Assembly: GCA_002269645.1 (NCBI GenBank)
Contig: NIVC01004026.1
Coordinates: forward strand, 1-63,953
Reading direction: 5' to 3'
From: Macrostomum lignano
Lineage: Eukaryota
Length of the DNA stretch: 63,953 nucleotides
Part shown: in pieces, positions 21,211 through 33,191 of the stretch
Position numbering within the stretch: the stretch's first letter is position 1
Layout of the letters: every line of letters starts with the position of its first letter
Notes under the pieces: model-generated
The model's database searches: none
What the model was told of the DNA's origin: nothing
The model's input: the letters and a program-made list of their open reading frames with translations, nothing else
Made by a program: the position numbers and the translations under genes

Positions 21211-21926
21211 TGTACAACAGGAGGGTCTCGATCACCGCCTGGAACAACGTCGCCCTCTGGCGGTCAGGCAGGGCCTCGGAGTGCAGGACAGCCCTCACGG
21301 AACGGAAGGCAGCCCAGGCAAGTCCTTGCGAACGTAAGGCACCAGACCACCGAGACAAACTGCTGACAGTTCGGAAGCTTTGTCACCTGCCCGTCAATGC
21401 CTCGATAGAAAATCACAGCCTCGATGCCGTCTGGCACGCAGAGCACGACGGTCTTCGTCTGCGTGTTGACCACCAGGCCGACGCTCGCCACAATGCCCAC
21501 CAGCCGGTCCAGCTAGCGCTGGGCGCCGTCGACGGTCGAGAACAACAGGGCGAGATCGTCGGCGCAGCCAAGTACCAAATCCGAGACCTGGACTCTGACG
21601 GAATTGCTCGAACAGCAGGTCGATGCGGCGCACGCTGGCCTGCTGCGCGCGGCCTTCAAGATCGGCTACAAGCGAGTCACCAATGACTCTACCACCGCAC
21701 CGGCCTGTCCAAGTGAACTGTTGCGTCATCGGCGACTCCGCTATAGCAGGCCACATCATCCTAGAGCTACTGCCCGCAGCCGGTGCAGGAGGTGCTGTTG
21801 CTGATGCTGCAGGTATCCTATAACCAGCGGGGACCGTACCGGTGCACTGCTGACGCCGGCGCCCCGGACACTGCCGGCGGTGCGGCCTACCTTCGCGCCC
21901 AGCCAGCCCTGAAACCCGCCTTGTGA
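21211..21926. mobile_element. Non-LTR retrotransposon (LINE RT domain) fragment with inverted 5' segment
   Basis: Minus strand about 21590-21211: LGCADDLALL (YADD-like motif)...VGLVVNTQ...GLAWAAFRSVRAVLHSEALPDRQRATLFQAVIETLLLY. Plus strand about 21591-21926 continues TLTELLEQQVDAAHAGLLRAAF... Stops and frameshifts present. Confidence 0.85.
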
Positions 21927-21998
21927 GATTATCTTTGCCATTTTTTGACTTGCTAGACTGCATGGCTGACAATGTATTTTTTGTTTGTGTTAACAATA

Positions 21999-23318
21999 CG
22001 AAGGCTGCTTAATAAGTTCGCGGAAAACCAAACTTATCTTCAAGCGAATCAAACGAAATTTTATGAACTTTTTCCTTCAGATATTGGCACCTTTCACACA
22101 AATTTTCAGCCAGTTTGGCCAAAATGTTGCGACGCAGTGGCCGAAGAAGTGATGAAACCCCCGCTCCAGTGCTGCGCCTGACTGAGCGCGACAGGCGAGT
22201 CGCAATTCTGGTCCAATTCCGGCTTGGCCTGTCTGCCTCTGAATGCTTGCAGACGCTTCAAAAGGCCCTTGAGAGTGAAGCCCCATCCCAGACGATGGTG
22301 TACAAGTGGTTCGGTCGATTCCGCTCCGGCTGTCTGGAGCTGGACGATGATGAACGTGAAGGCCGTCCAAATTCGTCCATCTCGGACACGACTGTGGCCA
22401 GTGTCCGAAAGCTGCTCGATGCAGACCGCCGAGTGACGATTCGGGAAATCGAAAAACATGTCGGGATTTCGGATTCAAGCGTCATTACTATCTTGCACGA
22501 TCACCTCGGCATGAGGAAGGTGTCAGCTCGCTGGGTCCCTCATCAACTGAAGCCGGCTCAGATGCAGGCCCGCGTGGATTTTGCGAATTTCATGCTCGAC
22601 AAGTTCGACGCAGGCGCCTCAAATTTGGTGGACGGCATCCTCACAGGTGATGAAACGTGGGTGTACTTTTATGATCCCGAGACAAAAGTACAGAGCAAGC
22701 AGTGGGTCGCCTTTGAGGAGGATTCGCCCTTGAAATTTCGTCGCGAGCGAAGCGTCGGCAAAGTGATGGCTGCGGTGTTTTTCCGTCGGTGCGGAATTCT
22801 GCCGCCCGTTCTGCTCGAGGAGGGAGCCACGGTGACTGGCAGCTGGTACTCCAGTGTCTGCCTGCCGCAGGTGCTGGAATTCCTGCGTCGAGAGCGGCCA
22901 AAGACCAGAGATCGCGGCATTTTCCTGCACCACGACAACGCGCCCGCTCACAGAGCCAGTGTCACGCAGCAGTTCTTGGCATCAACTGAGCTGACTCTGC
23001 TGCCGCATCCGGCCTACTCGCCCGACCTCGCGCCTGCAGACTTCTTTCTCTTTCCGAAGATCAAGAAAAATCTGAAGGGGAAGCGCTTCGACACTCGTGA
23101 GGAGCTGGAACAGGCGTTGAATGCGGAGCTGGAAGCCGTCACAAAGGCGGAATTGAGGGACTGCTTTGCGGCGTGGTTTCATCGGATGAAGAAATGCGTT
23201 GATCTGGCTGGGGACTATGTTGAGAAGTGCCATTAGGTTGGGCTAAGTGTGTGTAAAATTTCACGACTGTGCGATAACTATAAGTATGTTTTTCCGCGAA
23301 CTTATTAAGCAGCCCTCG
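21999..23318 (+). mobile_element. Full-length mariner transposon (DD34D)
   Basis: TA on both sides (21997-98, 23319-20); 29-bp TIRs cgaaggctgcttaataagttcgcggaaaa with one mismatch; 1320 bp. Confidence 0.97.
22124..23236 (+). CDS. Mariner transposase, intact, 370 aa from ATG 22124
   Basis: HTH region, WVPHQL, TGDETW, HHDNAPAH, YSPDLAPADF; 34 residues between the second and third catalytic Asp. Confidence 0.96.
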   Translation: MLRRSGRRSDETPAPVLRLTERDRRVAILVQFRLGLSASECLQTLQKALESEAPSQTMVYKWFGRFRSGCLELDDDEREGRPNSSISDTTVASVRKLLDADRRVTIREIEKHVGISDSSVITILHDHLGMRKVSARWVPHQLKPAQMQARVDFANFMLDKFDAGASNLVDGILTGDETWVYFYDPETKVQSKQWVAFEEDSPLKFRRERSVGKVMAAVFFRRCGILPPVLLEEGATVTGSWYSSVCLPQVLEFLRRERPKTRDRGIFLHHDNAPAHRASVTQQFLASTELTLLPHPAYSPDLAPADFFLFPKIKKNLKGKRFDTREELEQALNAELEAVTKAELRDCFAAWFHRMKKCVDLAGDYVEKCH

Positions 23319-24521
23319 TACATCTAAATCACAATGTTGAAAACCAAACTTAACTACATGTATACTCAGTCGCTGAAATAAAACCAATAATATCAATTTG
23401 CCATCGGATTATTTTTTGGACAAATTATAAAGGAAAACAAAACGTAATTCACTCAAGCAAATAAACAAACGAAAAGGAAATATGAGACTTCATGAACAAA
23501 AGTATAAAAGTGATATCGAGCAAAATACGGCGGTAATTATATTATGGCTCGTAAAGTACATATGTAGATGTCACCTGAGTGAACAAAATGCACTTATGCA
23601 TGATGTTACATTCTTAGTCTGAAAATGAATGTGGCATAAATACATACGCGTGTACATGTAAAACTTCTAAAAAAACCTATGTAACCCTACTATATAATAG
23701 CAATTGAGGCTCTCTGTCCACAACTCTCATCGTCAGAACTACATATGTATAGTATCTTAATCCTCTGGATATGGTTTCTTTCTACAAAACATTATACAAA
23801 ATTTCTCCCAGGCAAATGCGTGCACCATTAGTCAGTTCAGAATTTTATTAATGTGATCGAGAGTCTGGGTGCTGTGGGAACCACGCCGATAAGAAATTCC
23901 TCGGAGCCCGGAGCTTAAATCTGACACACTTGAATAATGCAGACTGTGTAAAACAAAAATAACCGTAATACATTTGATAGTAGACTAAAAATTTAAATCT
24001 TAGCGTCACAAGTTACGTTAATTAGTTAAAATATTTTTATGTTACTCTATTAAAAGAAGCAATTTCCAATAAATGTCACTATTGAATATAATTTCTTCGC
24101 GTAGATTTAAATAAAAAACTACGCCTTCATTTTATACATCATTTTTATCGCTTTTTATAGTGTATTTAACTTTATTATTTTTTTATTTAAGTAATTTAAG
24201 TAATCTATCTTTCAATTTTGCGCAATATTTCTTTAGATTATCCACTTTTAACAATTTGCGAGGTAATATTGAATGTCTTTTTAAACTAATATTGGAATTA
24301 AAGTCAACTTTATCGCAATAGTAATTTAGCTAGATCATAAATTAAACCAGGTGATTATGTTTGCCTTTTATTTTTTCTCTGATATCTTAAGCTTTTTTTC
24401 TGTTCTTAAAATCGTTAAATTAAAAGTTCTTCTAGCTATATTTAAATTAGTAATCATTTGAAATTTGTTAAGCGGTACTGCATATTAGTTTTAAGTTATT
24501 TAATCGATAAATCATTTTCAG

Positions 24522-26886
24522 ATGGATTACTCAGTCGGCGAAGATTTCTACCTTCGCGGCAAAAAGAATGAAATTGTGTAAGTTGTTTTTTCATAATTTT
24601 TCTTTTCTCTCATAAAAGCTTCGAAGCAAATTTTACCTCTTGTACCGGCAGTGAGCACTCGGGCAAGCTGCTCACCAGCTCCGACCTGACTCTGAAATCG
24701 CCGGTACCGCGCGTGCTGACGCGCCACAAATCGCCATTGAATCGTCGGCATCGGCGCTCCACCGAGGGCCTCAGCGGCCGCTGGCTGGCACCACCTGCGG
24801 CGCCAAAACTTGGAGGTGGCGGCGCCCCAACGCCAGCTGAGGTGGCGGCCAAAGCGGCGGAGGTGGCCGAATCCGCTGGCCGCCATCCGCAGCTCCTGAG
24901 CGGAGGCCGCCCGAAGTGGCACCGCGGCGACGACCTGCTGCCAACGGCTGGCGACCGCTGGTTCCTCGGCGGCCGTGGGCCGCACCTCTGCGATGAAGAG
25001 CCATTTGGTTGGCCCGCCGACGCCTCCGGCCGGGTATGGCTGGACAGACCGGACAGTGTCCGGCACCAGCATGGTGAGAGTCACTGAGTTTAGACAGTTG
25101 GAAGCAGAATCATAATGGGAAGATTTGAAGAGAGAAAGGGAACATTGGGGGTGATAGAACCATGAAATCCCAGTGAAGAGTGGTTAATAAAACACAGATG
25201 ATACGGATCAAGGACCACTAGAAGTTACCGTTGTGTCAGGACGTAACACTCGTAAATATTGCAAAATTATTTGATGGCTGGCTTGCTTACGCGTATTCAG
25301 GAATGCTTGCCTTCAAAAAAGCATTCTATATTCGATAGTTTTATACTAGCGTAGAAACTTGTACTGGCTTTGTGCCACAGAAACTCCACAATAGGTGTGG
25401 GTGTATACATAATCGGTTAAGGCTTTAACCTGCTATCAGTAGGAATACCAAGCCATTTTTCGCCCCTCAAACTACCAAGGGGGACCCTAAGGCGTCGGGG
25501 TGCTGACGGAATGCTTGAGAGTCCAGCTGAGGATGTCCAGCAGTTGATTTTTGCCCACTGTCGAGGCTTGATCAGCGAAAATTGGAGAAATTCGCATCAG
25601 GGTGTTCATAGTCACCTGGTGCCACCTGTTGAAGGTCCAGAAGCTCCGTCCGGGTAAAGGCCAGTGACCAACGAAGTCAGAACTGATGCAGACACATGTG
25701 GTCGGCGTGCTGATGAAATTTGGAGGCTTGGCAAGGCTGCACTGAAGTGCAGTGCTGATTGGCGCTTATGGAAAAAATCCGACCTTAAGGCGGAATCCTT
25801 GAATATCTCGACAGTCCAGTCGGCTGGCGACTTGATTCTTGTTTGAGAAGAAGTTTTGCTCCGTTCTGGCGAAGCAAAAAAATTGTCAGGGGAAGGGAGT
25901 TCACCTGGCCTGCGTCACCTTAACTTTGCGTCAAGTGGTCCTTAATCCGGGACATTCAGAGGCCACCTGTCCTTTCCATTGCAGCCGTCCTGCACTGCCT
26001 GTCGCCCTCCCCGGTGACCACTGAGGCGGCCAGGCATCATCTGGATGGAGTGCGATTCGATGAGTCCCTGCTGATGGACGCTCAGCGGCAGCTGGAGCTG
26101 GAGAGGACCGGCCCGCCTAGGGACAAGTGGTGAGTCATTAGCGGCATGATGCTTACATTGCTACTTTAAGTAGCGATTTTATCTGCTGGAAAATGAACAA
26201 AAAATGTAAATTGGAAAAAGCTTGTTAAATTTCGCATAAAGTGTTTTAGCGACTTATCTTTGTTTACTCAGTTAACTTCTGGTCTCCTTAAAGTTCGGTC
26301 ATGATGTTTCGGTCATAATGAAAATTCGGTCATAATGACATTTTAGGTTCCTAGCGGAATGGGCGACACTTGCCTCCACGCTGTGTCTACGGACCACCCT
26401 GCAGCTGAGCTATTTCGGTCCTAATGACATTTCGGTCATAGCAAAACTTCGGTCATAGCAATATTTCGGTCATAGCAATACTTCGGTCATAGCAATACTT
26501 CGGTCATAGAAATACTTCGGTCATAGCAATATTTCGGTCATAATGCTTTTTCGGTCATAGCAATATTTCGGTCATAATTCTTTTTCGGTCATAGCAATAT
26601 TTTGGTCATAAGGAGTGATGTTTCGGTCATAATGCTTACGGTGCTTGCAACCATGTCAGCAACAATTCTCTCATGGTTTTGGCCAAACCCCCGCTAAAAC
26701 CCCAGGTACACCCTGAAGTCGCCGCTGTTCAGCCTGGAGGCGCGGCGCCACAACCGCCTGCTGGCTGCCGGCCTGGCCGACGCCAATTTTGGCGCCGATT
26801 TTCGGCGCTACCGTCGCGACCTGCTCGACCAATCGGAGGAATTCAGACGCGCCCTGATTGGACGGCACCCTGCTGGGATTTACTGA
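24522..26886 (+). CDS. Uncharacterised 267-aa protein, four exons
   Basis: Exons 24522-24577, 24652-25073, 25985-26129, 26706-26886. All GT-AG with donors GTAAGT, GTGAGA, GTGAGT, phases match (2, 1, 2) and the frame is open from MDYSVGEDFYLRGKK to ...LIGRHPAGIY-stop. No family recognised. Confidence 0.75.
26286..26634. repeat. Degenerate ~17-bp repeat (atatttcggtcatagca) in intron 3 of the uncharacterised gene
   Basis: Many ttcggtcata cores. Confidence 0.8.
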
Positions 26887-27231
26887 TGGACCAGTTGGAT
26901 TCCAGGATGGAACTCGGGTCCGAAGTCACTGCTTTTGTTTTCTTAATGCTACTGCAAGTAGTGTATCAAAGCATTCTAGTGCAAAGGAAATATTTGTTGA
27001 AATCTGTTAAAGTTATTTGTAGTTATTTTTGTGTGCGCGCAGATTATAACTTTTTATAGTCCATGCTAATAACTTGATAATTGTATTAATAGCGTGTGCC
27101 TTTTTAACTGTTGTGGGCTCGTTTCAGAGCTGTAGCTAAATAAACTTGACAATTCTGTGTCAAAAGTATTTTATTAAAATGAGACTAAAACTGACTCATC
27201 CTCGGAGTTCCGGCTTTCAATCCTTTGCTTA

Positions 27232-27885
<654 letters not shown>

Positions 27886-28526
27886 GCCTGGTGGCAGCTA
27901 AGCCAGTCACTATCTCAGATATATTTAGGTCTTGGTGAGCGAGACCTCCATGAAAAAAAATATATATAGTATAGAGAATAGAAAGCACTAAAAATTCACA
28001 CAGTCCTGCCTATAGCGTGTATGACAGTTTCCCGAAACCGAACTCCCCAATATCCTTCCTGTATTTATCTCTCCCTCCCTCCAATTGCTTAATACAGATC
28101 CCAGCAAATCCCAAACCCCTGGTGAGGAAATTTTGCGGGAATTCGAGGCTGGGGAAGCAGCGGAACAGACCAGGGATAGGATCGGGGTCAGTTAAGGTCA
28201 ATTTAACCGAATTTGCAGATTCCCTGCAAGATATGTAGTCTGCATGAACGCAATATTAGCAGCGAAGTGGATTATCATTCCAGACAAATTAACTATAGCT
28301 ATATGCATTTTAAAAGCCCATCTGTCCCATGCATCAAGCAGTCAAAGCGGTACTCAAAACTACACGGCTTTTTGCAGTCCGCGCAGGCAGAACCACCCTG
28401 CCCTCATTTGTCCAACAAGCAGTTCAAATTGTCGCATTTCACATGAATAATGATCGAGTGAATTAATAGAGGTCAAGGAGGCCGTTAACTAGAATTTGGA
28501 ATTACACATTGCGATGCATACAGAAC

Positions 28527-29040
28527 CTTTAGCACCAGGGGCTTTAGCACCAGGGGCTTTAGCACCAGGGGCTTTAGCACCAGGTGGCTTTAGCACCAGG
28601 GGCTTTAGCACCAGGGGCTTTAGCACCAGGGGCTTTAGCACCAGGGGCTTTAGCACCAAGGGGCTTTAGCACCAGGGGCTTTAGCACCAGGGGCTTTAGC
28701 ACCAGGGGCGCCAGCACCAGGGGCTTTAGCACCAGGGGCTTTAGCACCAGGGGCTTTAGCACCAGGGGCTTTAGCACCAGGGGCTTTAGCACCAGGGGCT
28801 TTAGCACCAGGGGCTTTAGCACCAGGGGCTTTAGCACCAGGGGCTTTAGCACCAGGGGCTTTAGCACCAGGGGCTTTAGCACCAGGGGCTTTAGCACCAG
28901 GGGCTTTAGCACCAGGGGCTTTAGCACCAGGGGCTTTAGCACCAGGGGCTTTAGCACCAGGGGCTTTAGCACCAGGGGCTTTAGCACCAGGGGCTTTAGC
29001 ACCAGGGGCTTTAGCACCAGGGCCGCCAGCACCAGGGGCT
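28527..29040. repeat. 15-bp minisatellite (ttagcaccaggggct)
   Basis: Highly homogeneous tandem units. Confidence 0.95.
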
Positions 29041-29574
29041 CCATTGCATACCTGGCTAAACGCCTACAAACATTGGTTCAATTAAAAAACAGGTTTTAAA
29101 TTGAAAACCAACAGCGCGCAGTGTATGAAAATGCCAGTCCAGATTCTGGCTCAAGGTCTCCATGGCTCGGCCACAGATTCCGCAGCACTATTTCCTGTTA
29201 TAGCTACACAATGAGCGAGCGAGTCGGAATTCGACCGCCACCATCAATGCGAATTGGCCACAAATAGGGGAACAGCAGTGCCGCTGCTGCGGTTTTATGC
29301 AGCGCAGCAGCTGTAGCATGCAGAGTTGGAGCCCGGCCAAAAGAAGTGCTCTTTCCACTTCCAGTCTGCCTTGCTGTGCGTGCAACGTGGAGTGGCCCTT
29401 CAGCCCAGTGTCCGCTATCCAGGCCTCCTGGTGTCGGCTACTTTGGGGTCGGAGTGAGAGAGCTTTGGAGTGGGACAGAAACCGCGATGCATTGGGAGAC
29501 AGGGGAGACAGGGAGTTGGATATGGGTAGGTGAGGAGCGCTAGGTGGAAGTGGAGGAAATGGATCAAGAGTAGA

Positions 29575-31195
29575 GAAGGAGACAGAAAAGGGAGACAGGG
29601 TAGACAGGGAGACAGGGTAGACAGGGAGAGTGGGGGACAAGGAGACAGGAGACAGGGAGACAGGGAGACAGGGAGACAGGGGAGACAGGGAGACAGGGGA
29701 GACAGGGAGACAGGGTAGATAGGGAGACAGGGTAGACAGGGAGAGTGAGAAACAGGGAGACAGGAGACAGGGAGACAGGGAGACAGGGGAGACAGGGAGA
29801 CAGGGTAGATAGGGAGACAGGGTAGACAGGGAGACAGGGTAGACAGGGAGAGTGGGGGACAGGGAGACAGGGAGACAGGGAGACAGGGGAGACAAGGAGA
29901 CAGGGTAGATCTGGAGACAGGGTAGACAGGTAGACAGGGGAGACAGGGAGACAGGGGAGACAGGGAGACAGAGGAGACAGGTAGACAGGGTAGATAGGGA
30001 GACAGGGTAGACAGGGTAGATAGGGAGACAGGGGAGACAGGGAGAGTGGGGGACAGGGAGACAGGGAGACAGGGTAGACAGGGAGACAGGGTAGACAGGG
30101 AGACAGGGTAGACAGGGTAGACAGGGACACAGGGTAGATAGGGACACAGGGTAGATAGGGAGACAGGGGAGACAGGGAGACAGGGGAGACAGGGTAGACA
30201 GGGAGACAGGGTAGACAGGGAGACAGGGTAGACAGGGAGACAGGGTAGACAGGGAGACAGGGGAGACAGGGAGATAGGGTAGATAGGGAGACAGGGGAGA
30301 CAGGTAGACAGGGTAGATAGGGAGACAGGGTAGACAGGGAGACAGGGTAGACAGTGTAGATAGGGAGAGTGGGGGACAGGGAGACAGGGTAGACAGGGAG
30401 ACAGGGTAGACAGGGAGACAGGGTAGACAGGGTAGACAGGGACACAGGGTAGATAGGGACACAGGGTAGATAGGGAGACAGGGGAGACAGGGAGACAGGG
30501 GAGACAGGTAGACAGGGTAGATAGGGAGACAGGGTAGACAGGGTAGATAGGGAGACAGGGGAGACAGGGAGAGTGGGGGACAGGGAGACAGGGAGACAGG
30601 GTAGACAGGGAGACAGGGTAGACAGGGAGACAGGGTAGACAGGGTAGACAGGGACACAGGGTAGATAGGGACACAGGGTAGATAGGGAGACAGGGGAGAC
30701 AGGGAGACAGGGGAGACAGGGTAGACAGGGAGACAGGGTAGACAGGGAGACAGGGTAGACAGGGAGACAGGGTAGACAGGGAGACAGGGGAGACAGGGAG
30801 ATAGGGTAGATAGGGAGACAGGGGAGACAGGTAGACAGGGTAGATAGGGAGACAGGGTAGACAGGGAGACAGGGTAGACAGGGTAGATAGGGAGACAGGG
30901 GAGACAGGGAGAGTGGGGGACAGGGAGACAGAGAGACAGGGTAGACAGGGAGACAGGGGAGACAGGGAGACAGGGTAGACAGGGAGACAGGGTAGACAGG
31001 GTAGACAGGGACACAGGGTAGACAGGGTAGACAGGGACACAGGGTAGATAGGGACACAGGGTAGATAGGGAGACAGGGGAGACAGGGTAGACAGGGAGGC
31101 AGCTAGACAGGGGAGACAGGGAGACAGGGTAGACAGGGAGACAGGGTAGACAGGGAGACAAGGGAGACAGGGTAGACAGGGAGGCAGCTAGACAG
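29575..31195. repeat. Complex purine-rich satellite (gggagaca / gggtagaca / gggtagata units)
   Basis: Mosaic of 8-9-bp units; source of the 497-657-aa spurious ORFs. Confidence 0.95.
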
Positions 31196-31694
31196 GTTTA
31201 AAATTAAAGAAAAGTTTCAATCTCCTCCACTAGAAAGTCAATTTTCGGCAAATGCGAGACTTCAAAGATGTTTCCCCTGAGAAGTGAAAATCGTCGCGTC
31301 CTTTTCCGCTTCTAGCGGTCGTTGGGAGAGAGATCGGAGAGCCAAAGGAGGAGGAATGGAAATGGAAACGGAGTCACTGACGCCAGCTGGCGCAGGACAC
31401 AATGATGAGAGCTTCCCGGGTGACCTAATAGCCTATTGTAACCATAGCCGCTCTGCAAGCTCCAAGGAGGCCCAGAGCCAGCAGCATCATCATTCTTCCT
31501 CAACCCCCCCCCCCTCTTCAGACAACTGTAGGCTGACTGCGGGGCAGCTCTAAGCGCCTCCTGAGGGGCTCGTGGCCGGGGGTTGTCGTGCGATTCACAC
31601 CATGAGGGCCAGCCCCGGGCACAGAGAGTGTACATGCCTGGCGATTAGAAAGTCAGGGCTGCTGTACACATATTGGCGAGCTTGCATGTGCTCA

Positions 31695-32065
31695 GGGATC
31701 TGGAAGGATCTGGGGAGATCTGGGGAGATCTGAGGGGATCTGGGGAGATCTGGGGAGATCTGGGGAGATCTGAGGGGATCTGGGGAGATCTGGGGAGATC
31801 TGGGGAGATCTGAGGGGATCTGGGGGGATCTGAGGGGATCTGGGGAGATCTGAGGGGATCTGGGGAGATCTGAGGGGATCTGGGGAGATCTGAGGGGATC
31901 TGGGGAGATCTGAGGGGATCTGGGGAGATCTGAGGGGATCTGGGGAGATCTGGGGAGATCTGGGGAGATCTGGGGAGATCTGGAAGGATCTGGGGAGATC
32001 TGGGGAGATCTGGGGAGATCTGAGGGGATCTGGGGAGATCTGGGGAGATCTGAGGGGATCTGGGG
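31695..32065. repeat. 10-bp minisatellite (gatctgggga / gatctgaggg)
   Basis: Tandem units with GGGG tracts. Confidence 0.95.
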
Positions 32066-32072
32066 GAATGGG

Positions 32073-32648
32073 GGATGCTTGCTATCAAGGGATGCTTGCT
32101 ATCTGGGGGATGCTTGCTATCTGGGGGATGCTTGCTATCTGGGGGATGCTTGCTATCTGGGGGATGCTTGCTATCTGGGGGATGCTTGCTATCTGGGGGA
32201 TGCTTGCTATCTGGGGGATGCTTGCTATCTGGGGGTGCTTGCTATCAGGGGATGCTTGCTATCAGGGGATGCTTGCTATCTGGGGGTGCTTGCTATCAGG
32301 GGATGCTTGCTATCAGGGGATGCTTGCTGTCTGGGGGATGCTTGCTATCAGGGGATGCTTGCTGTCTGGGGGATGCTTGCTATCAGGGGATGCTTGCTGT
32401 CTGGGGGATGCTTGCTATCAGGGGATGCTTGCTGTCTGGGGGATGCTTGCTATCAGGGGATGCTTGCTATCAGAGGATGCTTGCTATCAGGGGATGCTTG
32501 CTATCAGGGGATGCTTGCTATCAGAGGATGCTTGCTATCAGGGGATGCTTGCTATCTGGGGGATGCTTGCTATCTGGGGGATGCTTGCTATCTGGGGGAT
32601 GCTTGCTATCTGGGGGATGCTTGCTATCTGGGGGATGCTTGCTATTTG
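32073..32648. repeat. 17/18-bp minisatellite (tgcttgctatctggggga)
   Basis: Tandem units directly abutting the 10-bp array. Confidence 0.95.
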
Positions 32649-33191
32649 GAAGATCCTTGGGGTCTGGGGATGCTTTCGAGCTAACGGGAATGCCTGTCAT
32701 CTTTGTGAGGGCTTTATTTTGTTGTGCCTTTTTGTTACTTTCAGAAGCAAGAGATTCATAGCAAGCATCTTTGTGCATGACAAATTTACTCGAATAATGT
32801 GATTCATAGAACTGAAGAAGGAATTGGTTCTCAAGAAAATGTGCTTTTTTGAATGGATTTGCATGAATAATATTTGCTCCTTGCTTTTTGGGCGCCCCAA
32901 AGGGGGGCACTAGATTGCTAGTATAAACTTAATGTTGAGTTTTGCAGAAGTGTTGGCACTCCAAGTTCTGCTTTCGGGTGTCCTTGTCTGCACTCAAGTG
33001 CCTAACCACTGCTTGCTCGCTCGCAAGGGGTAAAGCCAATGAGAGCCAATCCTGAAGGCATGAGGTGGCTGCCCCGCCCTTCCTGTACAGTATATTCCCC
33101 TTGACTGAGTTGATGGGTGGCACTGCGGACCAGAGCCAGCACAGGGCGCCCACACACAGTCCAAACCCTTCAACCAGCATCCAACATCAGC

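Noticed and set aside
24548-25084. Minus-strand 178-aa ORF and other antisense ORFs over GC-rich exons (44270-45256, 53223-54203, 20288-20866)
   Set aside because: Antisense shadows of better-supported genes on the opposite strand.
25490-25920. GC-richer tract in intron 2 of the uncharacterised gene as an extra or nested exon
   Set aside because: No splice-site pair with compatible phase; frames are short on both strands.
29200-29450. Cys-rich open frame after a ttatag acceptor, and ORF 31284-31553
   Set aside because: No recognisable domain and no convincing donor or partner exons.
29188-31161. Very long ORFs (657, 541, 497 aa), and similar ones at 27185, 34707, 34775, 51105, 56994, 57231 and 59467
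   Set aside because: Translations of micro/minisatellites lacking stop codons. Only the non-repeat ends of 56994 and 59467 overlap real DPYS exons.
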